The position numbers and the translations under genes were made by a program. Of a stretch of 64,000 nt of DNA, positions 9,670 to 19,033 are shown in pieces; positions within the stretch are counted from its first letter, which is position 1, and each line of letters starts with the position of its first letter. Under the pieces are notes generated by a model. It worked only from the letters and a program-made list of their open reading frames with translations. It did no database searches and was not told where the DNA came from. This DNA is from an uncultured Candidatus Saccharibacteria bacterium (GTDB lineage: Bacteria; Patescibacteriota; Minisyncoccia; Phycocordibacterales; PALSA-1337), in assembly GCA_964416985.1 (NCBI GenBank), contig CAYQFS010000001.1:83413-147412 (forward strand). The letters are read 5' to 3'.

Positions 9670-10017
9670 ATGTCAAGATCCCTCAAAAAAGGACCATACG
9701 TCGAAGAACGACTTCTCGCGAAGATCGCCGGAAAGAAACCCATAGAAACTGGGGTTATTAAGACATGGTACCGACGAAGCCAGATTGCCCCTGAAATGGT
9801 AGGGTTCAATTTTGGCGTCTACAATGGGAAGCAGCATATTGAGGTTCTTGTCACCGAGGAAATGGTTGGTCACCGCCTCGGTGAGTTCTCGCCTACACGA
9901 AAATTCATCCGACACGGAGGAAAGATGCAGAAGGAGATTGAGATGAAGGCAAAGGAGGCTGAAGTTAATGCTGCAAAGTCAGCAAAGGAGGCAGCGGCTG
10001 CTCCAGCAAAAAAATAA
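9670..10017 (+). CDS. rpsS: 30S ribosomal protein S19 (C-terminal K/A/E extension)
   Basis: [24 protein letters not shown]. Confidence 0.99.
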   Translation: MSRSLKKGPYVEERLLAKIAGKKPIETGVIKTWYRRSQIAPEMVGFNFGVYNGKQHIEVLVTEEMVGHRLGEFSPTRKFIRHGGKMQKEIEMKAKEAEVNAAKSAKEAAAAPAKK

Positions 10018-10026
10018 TAATTTTTT

Positions 10027-10389
10027 ATGATACAAGCTTCACTCAAAAATTTTAGACAGTCACCTCGAAAGGTTCGCGGAGTCGCAAATCTTATTCGAGG
10101 CAAGTCAGCTGTCAACGCTTTGAATACTCTCAACTTTTTGAGCAAGAAAGCTGCAGATCCTCTCTTTGGACTTCTTACCTCTGCTCTTGCAAGTGCAAAG
10201 AACAACAACAATCTCGAGAAGGAAGCTCTCGTGGTAAAGGAAATTCGAGTTGATTCAGGATATATTTTGAAGCGCAGAATGCCACGAGCTCGAGGTACAG
10301 CATATCCAATTAACAAGCGGACAAGCCACGTCCTTCTTGTTCTTGCTCCTGCTCCTGAAAAGAAAGCTAAGAAAGTAAAAACAAAATAA
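10027..10389 (+). CDS. rplV: 50S ribosomal protein L22
   Basis: RQSPRKVR, PRARG, KRTSHV. Confidence 0.98.
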   Translation: MIQASLKNFRQSPRKVRGVANLIRGKSAVNALNTLNFLSKKAADPLFGLLTSALASAKNNNNLEKEALVVKEIRVDSGYILKRRMPRARGTAYPINKRTSHVLLVLAPAPEKKAKKVKTK

Positions 10390-10393
10390 TTTT

Positions 10394-11101
10394 ATGTCAC
10401 ACTCAGTACACCCATATTCACATAGACTTGGAATCATCAGAGACTGGAAAAGTCGCTGGTTCGGCGTAAACAAGGGTTACAGATCAGCTCTCAAGGGAGA
10501 CCTCCTTATCCGTGAATTCCTTACGAAGGAACTCCGAGCTTTCTATCTTGCGGACGTTCAGATTGAACGAAACCAAAAATTCCTCCGTATCGTTGTTCGA
10601 ACATCACGACCAGGAATGATCATTGGACGATCAGGAGACGGGGCAGTGAAGCTTCGAGAAAAGATTCTCGCTCTCTTGAAAAAGAACAACATTAGCCTTG
10701 CAGGACAGGAATTGAAACTCGATATCGAAGAAGTTCGAAATCCAGAATCAAACGCAGCGATCGTCGGCCTCATGGTTGCCGAAGGACTTGAAAAGCGACT
10801 CCCATTCCGACGAGTTTTGAAGCAGACTCTTGAAAAGGTTCTTGCAAATCGAGAAGTGAAGGGAGCAAAGATCAAGCTCTCAGGACGACTTGGAGGTGCA
10901 GATATGGCTCGCCAGGAAGATTTGAAGAAGGGACAGATTCCTCTTCAGACTCTTCGAGCCGATATTGACTATGCCCGAGAGAAGGCTCACATGACCTATG
11001 GAGATATTGGGATCAAAGTCTGGATCTACAAGGGTCAGATCTTTGAGAAGGATCTCAAGGCTGCTGCAAACCAGGCTTCAACTAACGCAAGTCGATCATA
11101 A
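10394..11101 (+). CDS. rpsC: 30S ribosomal protein S3
   Basis: RPGMIIGR, SGRLGGA, PLQTLRADIDY, GIKVWIY. Confidence 0.99.
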   Translation: MSHSVHPYSHRLGIIRDWKSRWFGVNKGYRSALKGDLLIREFLTKELRAFYLADVQIERNQKFLRIVVRTSRPGMIIGRSGDGAVKLREKILALLKKNNISLAGQELKLDIEEVRNPESNAAIVGLMVAEGLEKRLPFRRVLKQTLEKVLANREVKGAKIKLSGRLGGADMARQEDLKKGQIPLQTLRADIDYAREKAHMTYGDIGIKVWIYKGQIFEKDLKAAANQASTNASRS

Positions 11102-11110
11102 TTTACTACC

Positions 11111-11542
11111 ATGTTATTTCCTAAAAAAGTAAAATTCAGAAAGTGGCACACCGGCCGAAAAAACGCAAAGAAGCTTGCGAATGCTGTTGAGACACGCGGA
11201 GTGAGTCTTGCCTTCGGTTCATATGGACTCAAGGTTCTTCAGTACGGACGCCTCACATCAAACGAGATCGAAGCTGCCCGAAAGGTTATGTCACGCTATG
11301 CTACAAAGTCAGGAAAGGTCTGGGTACGCATTTTCCCTGACCGACCATTCACCCAGAAGCCTCCGGAAGTAAAGCTCGGAAAGGGTAAGGGAGACCCAGT
11401 CGGATTTGTTGCTCCGGTCAAGGCAGGGCGCATCCTCTTTGAAATTGATGGAGTTGATGATAAGGTAGCTGCTGAGGCCCTCCGAAAGGCTGGAACAAAG
11501 ATCTCCCTTAGGACAAAGATCGTTAACCGTAACCTCTTTTAA
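11111..11542 (+). CDS. rplP: 50S ribosomal protein L16
   Basis: IEAAR, GKVWVRIFPD, GKGKG. Confidence 0.99.
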   Translation: MLFPKKVKFRKWHTGRKNAKKLANAVETRGVSLAFGSYGLKVLQYGRLTSNEIEAARKVMSRYATKSGKVWVRIFPDRPFTQKPPEVKLGKGKGDPVGFVAPVKAGRILFEIDGVDDKVAAEALRKAGTKISLRTKIVNRNLF

Positions 11543-11550
11543 TTACCACC

Positions 11551-11751
11551 ATGAAAGAATATAAAGACAAAACAATAGGGGATCTCCACAAGCTCATCAC
11601 TGAGAAGCGAGAGGGAATACGGGCTTTCAGATTTGGTTCAACAGGAAGCAAGACAAAGAACGTCAAACTTGGCAAGACCCTTACAAAGGAAATTGCTCGG
11701 ATCATGACAGAGCTCTCACTTCGAAAGAAGTCTGAAGTAAAGGCAAAATAA
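11551..11751 (+). CDS. rpmC: 50S ribosomal protein L29
   Basis: 66 aa, FRF...KEIARIMT; position between rplP and rpsQ. Confidence 0.9.
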   Translation: MKEYKDKTIGDLHKLITEKREGIRAFRFGSTGSKTKNVKLGKTLTKEIARIMTELSLRKKSEVKAK

Positions 11752-11758
11752 TTTATTT

Positions 11759-12034
11759 ATGGAAAAAAATACAGCACAAAAGAATACAAAAACAGTAGCA
11801 TCTGCCCCAAAGAGACAGACTCTTTCAGGTGTTGTTGTTTCTGATAAAATGAAGGACACAGTTGTAGTTCTTGTGGAGCGCTATGTAAAAAACGAAAAGT
11901 ACCAGAAATTCATAACTCTCCGCAAGCGCTATAAAGTGCACGATGCTGGAAATACAAAGAAAGTGGGGGACAAGGTTACCATCGAATCATGCCGACCTAT
12001 TTCAAAAACAAAGTCATTTAAGATTCTTGCATAA
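11759..12034 (+). CDS. rpsQ: 30S ribosomal protein S17
   Basis: GVVVSDKMKDTVVV, RPISKTK. Confidence 0.98.
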   Translation: MEKNTAQKNTKTVASAPKRQTLSGVVVSDKMKDTVVVLVERYVKNEKYQKFITLRKRYKVHDAGNTKKVGDKVTIESCRPISKTKSFKILA

Positions 12035-12044
12035 TTAAACCACT

Positions 12045-12416
12045 ATGATTCAACCACGTTCAATAGTACGAATAACAGATAACAGCGGCGCAAAGATTGG
12101 CCGAATTTTCAAAGTGCTCGGTAGCTCAAAGAAGCGATATGCGGAACTCGGAGACCTCGTTGTTCTCTCAGTACAGAAAGCAGAGCCGCGAAAGGCTATC
12201 AAGAAGAAGGATGTTCTCCAGGCTGTAGTTGTCCGACAGGTAAAGGCCTTTCGACGACAGGATGGATCATACATTCGGTTTGATGAAAACGCAGTTGTTA
12301 TTCTCGAAAAGGGAAAGAAAGAACCGATCGCTGGCCGTGTTTTCGGTCCAATTCCTCGAGAGCTTTCAGAAAAGGGATTCCAGACAATCGCTTCACGAGC
12401 ACCAGAAATCGTGTAA
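12045..12416 (+). CDS. rplN: 50S ribosomal protein L14
   Basis: DNSGAK, DGSYIRFDENA, RVFGP. Confidence 0.99.
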   Translation: MIQPRSIVRITDNSGAKIGRIFKVLGSSKKRYAELGDLVVLSVQKAEPRKAIKKKDVLQAVVVRQVKAFRRQDGSYIRFDENAVVILEKGKKEPIAGRVFGPIPRELSEKGFQTIASRAPEIV

Positions 12417-12427
12417 TATACAAAACC

Positions 12428-12706
12428 ATGACTATCAAAAAGAATGACAGCGTAATAGTACTCACTGGAAAGGACAAGGGAAAGTCTGGCAAGGTTCTCA
12501 TTTCTATGCCAAAGACTCACCAGCTCATTGTTTCTGGAATTAACAAAATGAAGAAACACCAGAAGCCTCGCCAGAAAGGGCAGAAGGGACAGATGATCGA
12601 GAAGGAAATGCCAATTGATGTTTCAAATGTCATGCTTGAAAGCGAAAAAACTGCAAAGCCAAAGAAGGTCACAGCTCCAAAAGTAGCAAAGGCCGCAAAG
12701 AAATAA
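12428..12706 (+). CDS. rplX: 50S ribosomal protein L24
   Basis: IKKND.V.VLTGKDKGK KOW motif, PIDVSNV. Confidence 0.97.
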   Translation: MTIKKNDSVIVLTGKDKGKSGKVLISMPKTHQLIVSGINKMKKHQKPRQKGQKGQMIEKEMPIDVSNVMLESEKTAKPKKVTAPKVAKAAKK

Positions 12707-12720
12707 TTACCTGAAATTTT

Positions 12721-13284
12721 ATGAAAATCACAGCCCCAACAAGCACATACGAACTCAACAAGCAGTCATTCAAGGCTCTTAAGGAGCAGTTCGGCTGGAA
12801 AAATCCTATGCAGGCCCCTCAGCTCAAGAAAGTGGTTATTTCTACCGGTATTGGTTCAATGAAGGACAAGAGAAAGATTGAACTCATTGCCGATCGTCTT
12901 GCAAAGATCACTGGCCAAAAACCAGCTGTTCGTGGTGCAAAGAAATCAATCGCTTCATTCAAAGTTCGAACTGGAGATCCTGTTGGTTATCAAGTTACTC
13001 TTCGTGGAAAAAGAATGATGGACTTTGTTGATCGTCTCATCCACATCGCCCTTCCTCGAACAAAGGACTTCCGAGGAATTTCAAAGACAGGAGTCGACCA
13101 AATGGGGAACTACACTCTCGGAATCAAGGAACACACTATTTTCGCAGAAACATCAGACGAAGATTTGAAGGATGTGTTTGGGCTTGGAGTGACATTTGTT
13201 ACTTCATCAGAAAAGAAGGATCAGACGATCGCTTTCCTCGAATATCTCGGATTTCCATTTAAGAAAGAGGAGGGGAAGAAGTAA
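12721..13284 (+). CDS. rplE: 50S ribosomal protein L5
   Basis: ITGQKP, KKSIASFKVR, VTLRG, PRTKDFRG. Confidence 0.98.
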   Translation: MKITAPTSTYELNKQSFKALKEQFGWKNPMQAPQLKKVVISTGIGSMKDKRKIELIADRLAKITGQKPAVRGAKKSIASFKVRTGDPVGYQVTLRGKRMMDFVDRLIHIALPRTKDFRGISKTGVDQMGNYTLGIKEHTIFAETSDEDLKDVFGLGVTFVTSSEKKDQTIAFLEYLGFPFKKEEGKK

Positions 13285-13290
13285 TAAAAG

Positions 13291-13319
13291 AAAAACAGAT
13301 CGCTCGGTCTGTTTTTTTT
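13291..13319 (+). terminator. Intrinsic terminator after rplE
   Basis: AAAAACAGATCG-CT-CGGTCTGTTTTTTTT hairpin with T-tract. Confidence 0.7.
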
Positions 13320-13391
13320 GACGCTAAAAAAGAAAACCCACCGAACGACAGGGGTGGGTTCCTGTGGGGCGGTGGGGTATTAAACCAAAGT

Positions 13392-14249
13392 TTATTTGCG
13401 ACGAAGAACAAGTCGTGTGTGCCAATCCCGAATCGTGGGTTGGTCGTAGCCGAGAGGAGTGGGGTTAGGAATATCGGTTAGCTCCTCAAGTTCGAACCCA
13501 ACCTCTTTGAAACGACGTACCCAACCCTCTTCAGTCTCGTAAGTACCAGGAACTGGTATATCGGCTGAATGGAATAGCCGATTGTAAACGTAATCACTGA
13601 CGAATGTACGTTCGAATTCATTAGGATCGTTCCGAATCGGCACTGTCTCGATGACGACGAGCCGACCACTAGGACGAATAATCCGAGCAAGTTCACGAAG
13701 GATTTTCTCATTGTTCTCTTCATGATGAGCGACGTTTGTCATAAGACCAGCATCGAAGTGTCCATCAGATACCGGAATAGATATTCCGTCGAAATGTTTG
13801 ATTGGGGCCATCACTCCATGAGTAGGGTAGTTGCGTACATCATACCCTGTTATGTTGTGAGTGATATGGTCATAGACATAGTTTGTAACTTGCCCATCAC
13901 CGCACCCAAAGTCAATTATCGTTTCATCTTGACGAAAGAACTTTGAGATCTGCGCGTAAACGATCTGAGCACGATCCACCATTTTCTCCTCGAGAACTTG
14001 GATGAGGGTTGCGCCATCGATGAAGATTTCAGAGAATTCAGAATTGACTAATCGTTCGGTGTGTTCGATATCTGTGGTATTGGCCACGGTCTGCGTTACG
14101 AATTTCACCACTGACTGTGCTCGATCGTTGAGACCGAGATTCATGAATGTATGCATGAGGTCTTTGCGGACTAACTCATGCACTTGAGGGTTTGCCAATG
14201 CAGCTTTAAGACGTTGCTGCATCTTGGCGATATCTGGACGTTGTTGCAT
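13392..14249 (-). CDS. Class I SAM-dependent methyltransferase inserted antisense into the spc cluster
   Basis: IIDFGCGDG motif I, DGHFDA, NVAHH, ELARIIRPSGRLVVIE. Confidence 0.88.
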   Translation of the reverse strand: MQQRPDIAKMQQRLKAALANPQVHELVRKDLMHTFMNLGLNDRAQSVVKFVTQTVANTTDIEHTERLVNSEFSEIFIDGATLIQVLEEKMVDRAQIVYAQISKFFRQDETIIDFGCGDGQVTNYVYDHITHNITGYDVRNYPTHGVMAPIKHFDGISIPVSDGHFDAGLMTNVAHHEENNEKILRELARIIRPSGRLVVIETVPIRNDPNEFERTFVSDYVYNRLFHSADIPVPGTYETEEGWVRRFKEVGFELEELTDIPNPTPLGYDQPTIRDWHTRLVLRRK

Positions 14250-14333
14250 AGGATTTTCAGGGGTTATTGATTTATGACGAGGTTCAATTAAACTAGGCTA
14301 TTATTAGCATATTTAACACATATTGTCAACCCC

Positions 14334-14362
14334 TTTACTTTATTATCCCTTTCGTTTACTAT
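14334..14362 (+). promoter_or_regulatory. Promoter re-starting the spc cluster at rpsN
   Basis: TTTACT-17 bp-TACTAT. Confidence 0.5.
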
Positions 14363-14476
14363 GCTTACTACCTTACAAGAAGGAAACAAATTAGTGATTG
14401 GAAGCACATCGCCTCGAAAGGGGAGGAAAAGCTAACCAATCCCCATTTTTATTGCAAAAACAGCAAAAAGTAACCC

Positions 14477-14662
14477 ATGGCAAAAAGATCAGTAACAGCA
14501 CGATCAAAAAAGACACCCAAGTTTAAGTCTCGGGTAGTTCGACGATGTTTCCGATGTAGTCGAAAGAATGGCTATATGAGAGACTTTGATCTTTGCCGTA
14601 TTTGTTTCCGAGAATTCGCTAACGAAGGAGTTATCCCAGGAATCAAGAAATCATCATGGTAA
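14477..14662 (+). CDS. rpsN: 30S ribosomal protein S14 (zinc-binding type)
   Basis: RCFRC...LCRICFRE...IPGIKKSSW; 61 aa. Confidence 0.98.
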   Translation: MAKRSVTARSKKTPKFKSRVVRRCFRCSRKNGYMRDFDLCRICFREFANEGVIPGIKKSSW

Positions 14663-15048
14663 CAGACCCTATCTCAAACTTCATAACCGGAATCAAGAAT
14701 GCAAGTGACGCTCGAAAGGCGACAGTCACAGTTCCATATTCAGCACTCAAGGAATCAATCGCACATGTTCTCTCAAAAGCAGGATACCTTTCAACAATTG
14801 AAAAGAAAGGAAAGAAAGTCGTAAAGACCCTCGAAGTTGGAATTGTTTATTTTGGAAAGGAACCACGAATCAACGGAGTTGACCGAATTTCAAAGCCCTC
14901 ACGACGAGTCTATCAGAAGTCAAAGGACATCCGAATGTTCAAGAGCGGATTTGGAAACACGGTTCTTTCAACACCAAAGGGAATTCTTTTGGATGTTGAT
15001 GCAAAGAAGCACAAGGTCGGAGGAGAAGTTCTCTTTAAAATCTGGTAA
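14656..15048 (+). CDS. rpsH: 30S ribosomal protein S8
   Basis: TDPIS, RISKPSRRVY, STPKG, GGEVL. Confidence 0.98.
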   Translation: MVTDPISNFITGIKNASDARKATVTVPYSALKESIAHVLSKAGYLSTIEKKGKKVVKTLEVGIVYFGKEPRINGVDRISKPSRRVYQKSKDIRMFKSGFGNTVLSTPKGILLDVDAKKHKVGGEVLFKIW

Positions 15049-15060
15049 TAAATTATCTAT

Positions 15061-15594
15061 ATGTCACGAATCGCAAAAAAACCAATACCAGTTCCAGCAA
15101 AGACCGAAGTTAGCTACGCTAACGGAACTCTTACCGTGAAAGGACCTTTGGGAACTCTTGTAAAAGAATTCCGACCTGAGATCGAAGTAAAAGTCGAGAA
15201 CAACGAAGTGTCTCTTGTTCCTGTACGAAACTCACTCGACATCCTTGCTCTCTGGGGAACATACGCTTCACATCTCCGAAATATGCTCGCAGGTGTACAT
15301 ACTCCATATCAGAAGAAGCTCATTGTTGAGGGAATTGGATACAAGTCGGATGTAAAGGGAAAAGAGCTCGTCCTCTCTCTTGGATTCTCTCACCAGGTCA
15401 AGGTAATCGTTCCAGATGATCTCAAGGTTACAGCCGACAAGAACGTCATTACTGTTTCAGGAATTGACTGTGAAAAAGTAGGTCAGTTCGTTGCAAAGGT
15501 CCGATCATTGAAGAAGCCTGAACCATACAAAGGGAAGGGAATTCGATACGAAGGAGAAGTTATTCGCCGAAAACAGGGTAAGAAGTCGGTCTAA
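15061..15594 (+). CDS. rplF: 50S ribosomal protein L6
   Basis: [20 protein letters not shown]. Confidence 0.99.
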   Translation: MSRIAKKPIPVPAKTEVSYANGTLTVKGPLGTLVKEFRPEIEVKVENNEVSLVPVRNSLDILALWGTYASHLRNMLAGVHTPYQKKLIVEGIGYKSDVKGKELVLSLGFSHQVKVIVPDDLKVTADKNVITVSGIDCEKVGQFVAKVRSLKKPEPYKGKGIRYEGEVIRRKQGKKSV

Positions 15595-15608
15595 TTGAAA
15601 AAACCGCT

Positions 15609-15932
15609 ATGAATACAAGCAAACAAAAACAAATGAAGATCGCACGACGACACAAGAGAATCCGAGCAACTATCTCGGGTACTTCAGAACGACCTCGTCT
15701 TTCTGTTTTTCGATCAAACAAGTTTATCTATGCTCAGCTCATTGATGATGTGAAAGGACACACATTTGCTGAAGCACATGCAACTGATGCAAAGACAGTC
15801 GGTATTGATCTTGCAAAGAAGGCGAAGACTTTGAAGATCGATAAAGTTGTTTTTGACCGAGGAGGATACCTCTACACTGGAAAGATCAAGGCAGTGGCAG
15901 ATGCGGCTCGGGAAGGAGGATTGAAGTTTTAA
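15609..15932 (+). CDS. rplR: 50S ribosomal protein L18
   Basis: [26 protein letters not shown]. Confidence 0.98.
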   Translation: MNTSKQKQMKIARRHKRIRATISGTSERPRLSVFRSNKFIYAQLIDDVKGHTFAEAHATDAKTVGIDLAKKAKTLKIDKVVFDRGGYLYTGKIKAVADAAREGGLKF

Positions 15933-15943
15933 TTTACATACAT

Positions 15944-16603
15944 ATGGAAACTAACGAAACAAAACTTACAGAGACAACACCAGCAGCAACAGCTCCAGTT
16001 GTTTCAGCTGATACAAAGGCTGCGGAACCACGACCCGATTCTCGAGGAGGATACGGATCACCACAGGGAAGTCAGGGTAGCCGACGACCTGCTGGACGTC
16101 GTCCACAGCGAGAGAGCAAGGAGCGTGTTAAGCCTGAATTTGATACAAAGATCATCGCTATCCGACGAGTGACTCGAGTTGCTTCTGGAGGACGACGATT
16201 TACATTCTCAGTTGCAGTTGTTTCTGGAGACCGAAAGGGACGAGTGGGAGTTGGACTTGGAAAAGCGGGGGATACATCTCTTGCAATCGACAAGGCCACA
16301 CGACACGCAAAGAAAAACATGATCAAAGTTCCTCTTTCACCTGCAATGACAATTCCACACGCAATCCAGACAAAATTCTCAAGCGCTATTGTCATGCTCA
16401 TGCCAGCGCGAGGACGAGGAGTGGTAGCAGGAAGCTCAGCTCGAAATGTTATCGAGCTTGCGGGTATCAAGGACATTTGCGTCAAGCTTCTTTCAGGAAG
16501 CAAGAACAAATTGAACATTGCTCGAGCGACAGTCAAGGCTCTTACCATGCTTTCAAAGCAGCCACGAAGCGCCCTTCTTCCAAAATCTGAAACAACTAAA
16601 TAA
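15944..16603 (+). CDS. rpsE: 30S ribosomal protein S5 (long N-terminal extension)
   Basis: RVTRVASGGRRF, GRVGVGLGKA, LAGIKD. Confidence 0.98.
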   Translation: METNETKLTETTPAATAPVVSADTKAAEPRPDSRGGYGSPQGSQGSRRPAGRRPQRESKERVKPEFDTKIIAIRRVTRVASGGRRFTFSVAVVSGDRKGRVGVGLGKAGDTSLAIDKATRHAKKNMIKVPLSPAMTIPHAIQTKFSSAIVMLMPARGRGVVAGSSARNVIELAGIKDICVKLLSGSKNKLNIARATVKALTMLSKQPRSALLPKSETTK

Positions 16604-16609
16604 ACAGCC

Positions 16610-17053
16610 ATGCAAACACACAATCTCATTCCAAAGACAAAGAACAAGAAGACTATGATCGTAGCCCGAGGAGGGAAGCGAGGAAAGACATCTGGCCGAG
16701 GTGGAAAGGGTCAGACAGCTCGTGCTGGAAATAAGCGACGCCCAGAACTTCGAGACTTCATCAAGCGAATCCCAAAGCTCCGAGGACGAGGAGTTAATCC
16801 TCACAAATCTATTGAGACAAAGCCTCTTGCTATTAACCTTGGCGTTATTGACGCTGTAGCAAAAGCTGGCTCAATCATTACTCCAAAAACTCTTATCGAA
16901 ATGAAAGTGATCTCAACCTTCGAAGGAAAGATTCCTCAGGTTAAAATACTAGCTGGTGGAGATATTTCAAAAAAGATCTCTGTCGAGAACTGCATTGTCT
17001 CAAAGGAGGCAAAGGCAAAGATCGAAAAGGCAGGCGGTTCAGTGAAGATCTAG
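16610..17053 (+). CDS. rplO: 50S ribosomal protein L15
   Basis: GKTSGRGGKGQTAR, AKIEKAGG; directly follows rpsE (no rpmD). Confidence 0.97.
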   Translation: MQTHNLIPKTKNKKTMIVARGGKRGKTSGRGGKGQTARAGNKRRPELRDFIKRIPKLRGRGVNPHKSIETKPLAINLGVIDAVAKAGSIITPKTLIEMKVISTFEGKIPQVKILAGGDISKKISVENCIVSKEAKAKIEKAGGSVKI

Positions 17054-17093
17054 TTGGAAGTTATACTTTAGCAGCACGAATATAGAGAACATC

Positions 17094-18365
17094 ATGAATA
17101 CATTTTTTCAAAAAATAGCAGTCGTTCTCAAGGATCCGGTCATACGAAAGCGCATTTTCTTTACTCTCGGAGCGCTTGTCGTATTTCGACTTCTTGCGAC
17201 AATTCCGGTCCCTGGAGTTGATATTTCAAATCTCCAAAGACTCCTTGCTGGGAACCAGTTCCTTGGTCTTCTTGATATTTTCTCAGGAGGGGGAATTTCT
17301 ACTCTCTCAATCGTAATGCTCGGAGTTGGTCCGTACATCACTGCTTCTATCATCGTCCAGCTCTTGACCATGATGTTCCCGAAAATGAAGGCTATGATGC
17401 AGGAAGAAGGGGAAATTGGACGCCAGAAACTCTCTCAGTATTCTCGAATCCTCTCTATTCCGCTCGCTGCACTTCAAGCTCTTGGATTTATTGCCCTCCT
17501 TGCAAGTCAGAATGTCCTCCCTCACCTCGGGGGAATGGCTCTCTTTACAAATATCGTAGTCATCACGGCAGGATCAGTTCTCCTCATGTGGATTGGAGAG
17601 CTCATTTCTGAGTTTGGAATTGGAAACGGAGTCTCTCTCATTATTTTTGCAGGTATTATTACACGAATTCCTACGACCATTTACCAATTTTTCGTGAGCT
17701 TTGATGCTTCACAGATTCCTCAGTATCTTGTCTTCCTCGTCATCGGAATAATCGTGATTGTTGGAGTCGTGCTCGTCACCGAAGCTGAACGACCTATTTC
17801 TGTAACATACGCAAAGCAGGTTCGTGGAAACAAAGTCTACGGAGGAGTTTCTACATATCTTCCTCTCCGATTGAACCAGGCCGGAGTTATTCCAATCATC
17901 TTTGCCCTCTCAATCCTCCTTTTCCCTCAGATTATCGCAAACTTCCTTGCTCAGGTTTCAAATGTCGCCGTTGCCAACGCCGCTTCTTCCATTGCAACAT
18001 TCCTCGCGGATCCTTGGGCTCATGCACTCATTTACTTCTTCCTTGTTTTTATCTTCACATATTTCTACACTGCCGTTACATTTGATCCAAAGATGATTTC
18101 TGAGAATCTTCAGAAGGGTGGTGCCTTCATTCCGGGAGTTCGTCCAGGTGAATCGACCCAGACATATCTTGGAAAGGTTGTAACCCGAATTACCCTTGTT
18201 GGTGCTCTCTTCCTCGGTATCGTGGCCGTTCTCCCTCTCGTCATGCAGGGCTTTACAGGCAACCAAAGCCTTTCAATCGGCGGTACAGCCCTTCTCATCG
18301 TGGTATCCGTAGTTCTCGATCTCTTGAAGAAAGTGGACGCTCAGGCCTCAATGAGGGAGTACTAG
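17094..18365 (+). CDS. secY: Preprotein translocase SecY
   Basis: LGVGPYITASII, GIGNGVSLIIF, IPGVRPG, GGTALLIVV. Confidence 0.99.
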   Translation: MNTFFQKIAVVLKDPVIRKRIFFTLGALVVFRLLATIPVPGVDISNLQRLLAGNQFLGLLDIFSGGGISTLSIVMLGVGPYITASIIVQLLTMMFPKMKAMMQEEGEIGRQKLSQYSRILSIPLAALQALGFIALLASQNVLPHLGGMALFTNIVVITAGSVLLMWIGELISEFGIGNGVSLIIFAGIITRIPTTIYQFFVSFDASQIPQYLVFLVIGIIVIVGVVLVTEAERPISVTYAKQVRGNKVYGGVSTYLPLRLNQAGVIPIIFALSILLFPQIIANFLAQVSNVAVANAASSIATFLADPWAHALIYFFLVFIFTYFYTAVTFDPKMISENLQKGGAFIPGVRPGESTQTYLGKVVTRITLVGALFLGIVAVLPLVMQGFTGNQSLSIGGTALLIVVSVVLDLLKKVDAQASMREY

Positions 18366-18373
18366 AAAAAGAG

Positions 18374-18400
18374 AAAAAGCGGTCCAAAAGACTGCTTTTT
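18374..18400 (+). terminator. Terminator after secY
   Basis: AAAAAGCGGTC-CAAAA-GACTGCTTTTT hairpin. Confidence 0.65.
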
Positions 18401-18430
18401 GCTTTATGATTAATGCGATATACTGAATCA

Positions 18431-19033
18431 ATGAAACCTCAATCATTTATCTTCATCGGCCGTTCCGGCTCTGGAAAGGGCACTCAGGCCAAGCTTTTGC
18501 AGGAGTATTTAAAAAAAGTAGATCCATCTCGAAATGCTCTCTATGTTCAGAGCGGTGCTGAGTTCAGAGAATTTATCAAGGGAGGAAGTGCGACACAAAA
18601 ACTTTCGAGAGACATTTATGATAAAGGAGGATTGCAGCCGGAGTTTCTTGCGACATTTATGTGGACTAATGTTCTCGTAAAGAATTACACGCTTGGCGAG
18701 CACCTTATTATGGATGGAATGCCACGAAAATATCATGAAGCGGGAGTTCTCGATTCTATTTTTGATTTTTATAAAATAACGAAACCTTTTGTCGTTTACA
18801 TTGATATTAAAAAAGAAGAATCGGTCAATCGACTGATGGCTCGAGGACGCATTGATGACAACAGAAAGGAGATAGAGGAGAGGCTATCGTGGTTTGAGAC
18901 AGAGGTTTCGCACGCTCTTGATTTTTATCGTGACAATCCCCAGTATAACTATCTCGTGGTAAACGGTGAGCAACCTGTTGAGAAGGTTCATGCAGATATT
19001 ATTGAAAAAATTGTTGCAAAATTACAGAAATAG
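18431..19033 (+). CDS. adk: Adenylate kinase-like NMP kinase (short, LID-less); start moved to ATG 18431
   Basis: GRSGSGKGTQ P-loop, MDGMPR, RGRIDD; TATACT 6 nt before ATG 18431; synteny secY-adk-map. Confidence 0.85.
   Translation: MKPQSFIFIGRSGSGKGTQAKLLQEYLKKVDPSRNALYVQSGAEFREFIKGGSATQKLSRDIYDKGGLQPEFLATFMWTNVLVKNYTLGEHLIMDGMPRKYHEAGVLDSIFDFYKITKPFVVYIDIKKEESVNRLMARGRIDDNRKEIEERLSWFETEVSHALDFYRDNPQYNYLVVNGEQPVEKVHADIIEKIVAKLQK

Noticed and set aside
13335-13366. Possible pseudoknot (ACAGG/CCTGT) overlapping the methyltransferase terminator
   Set aside because: It has only 5 bp with no loop-1 spacer and is adequately explained as a terminator
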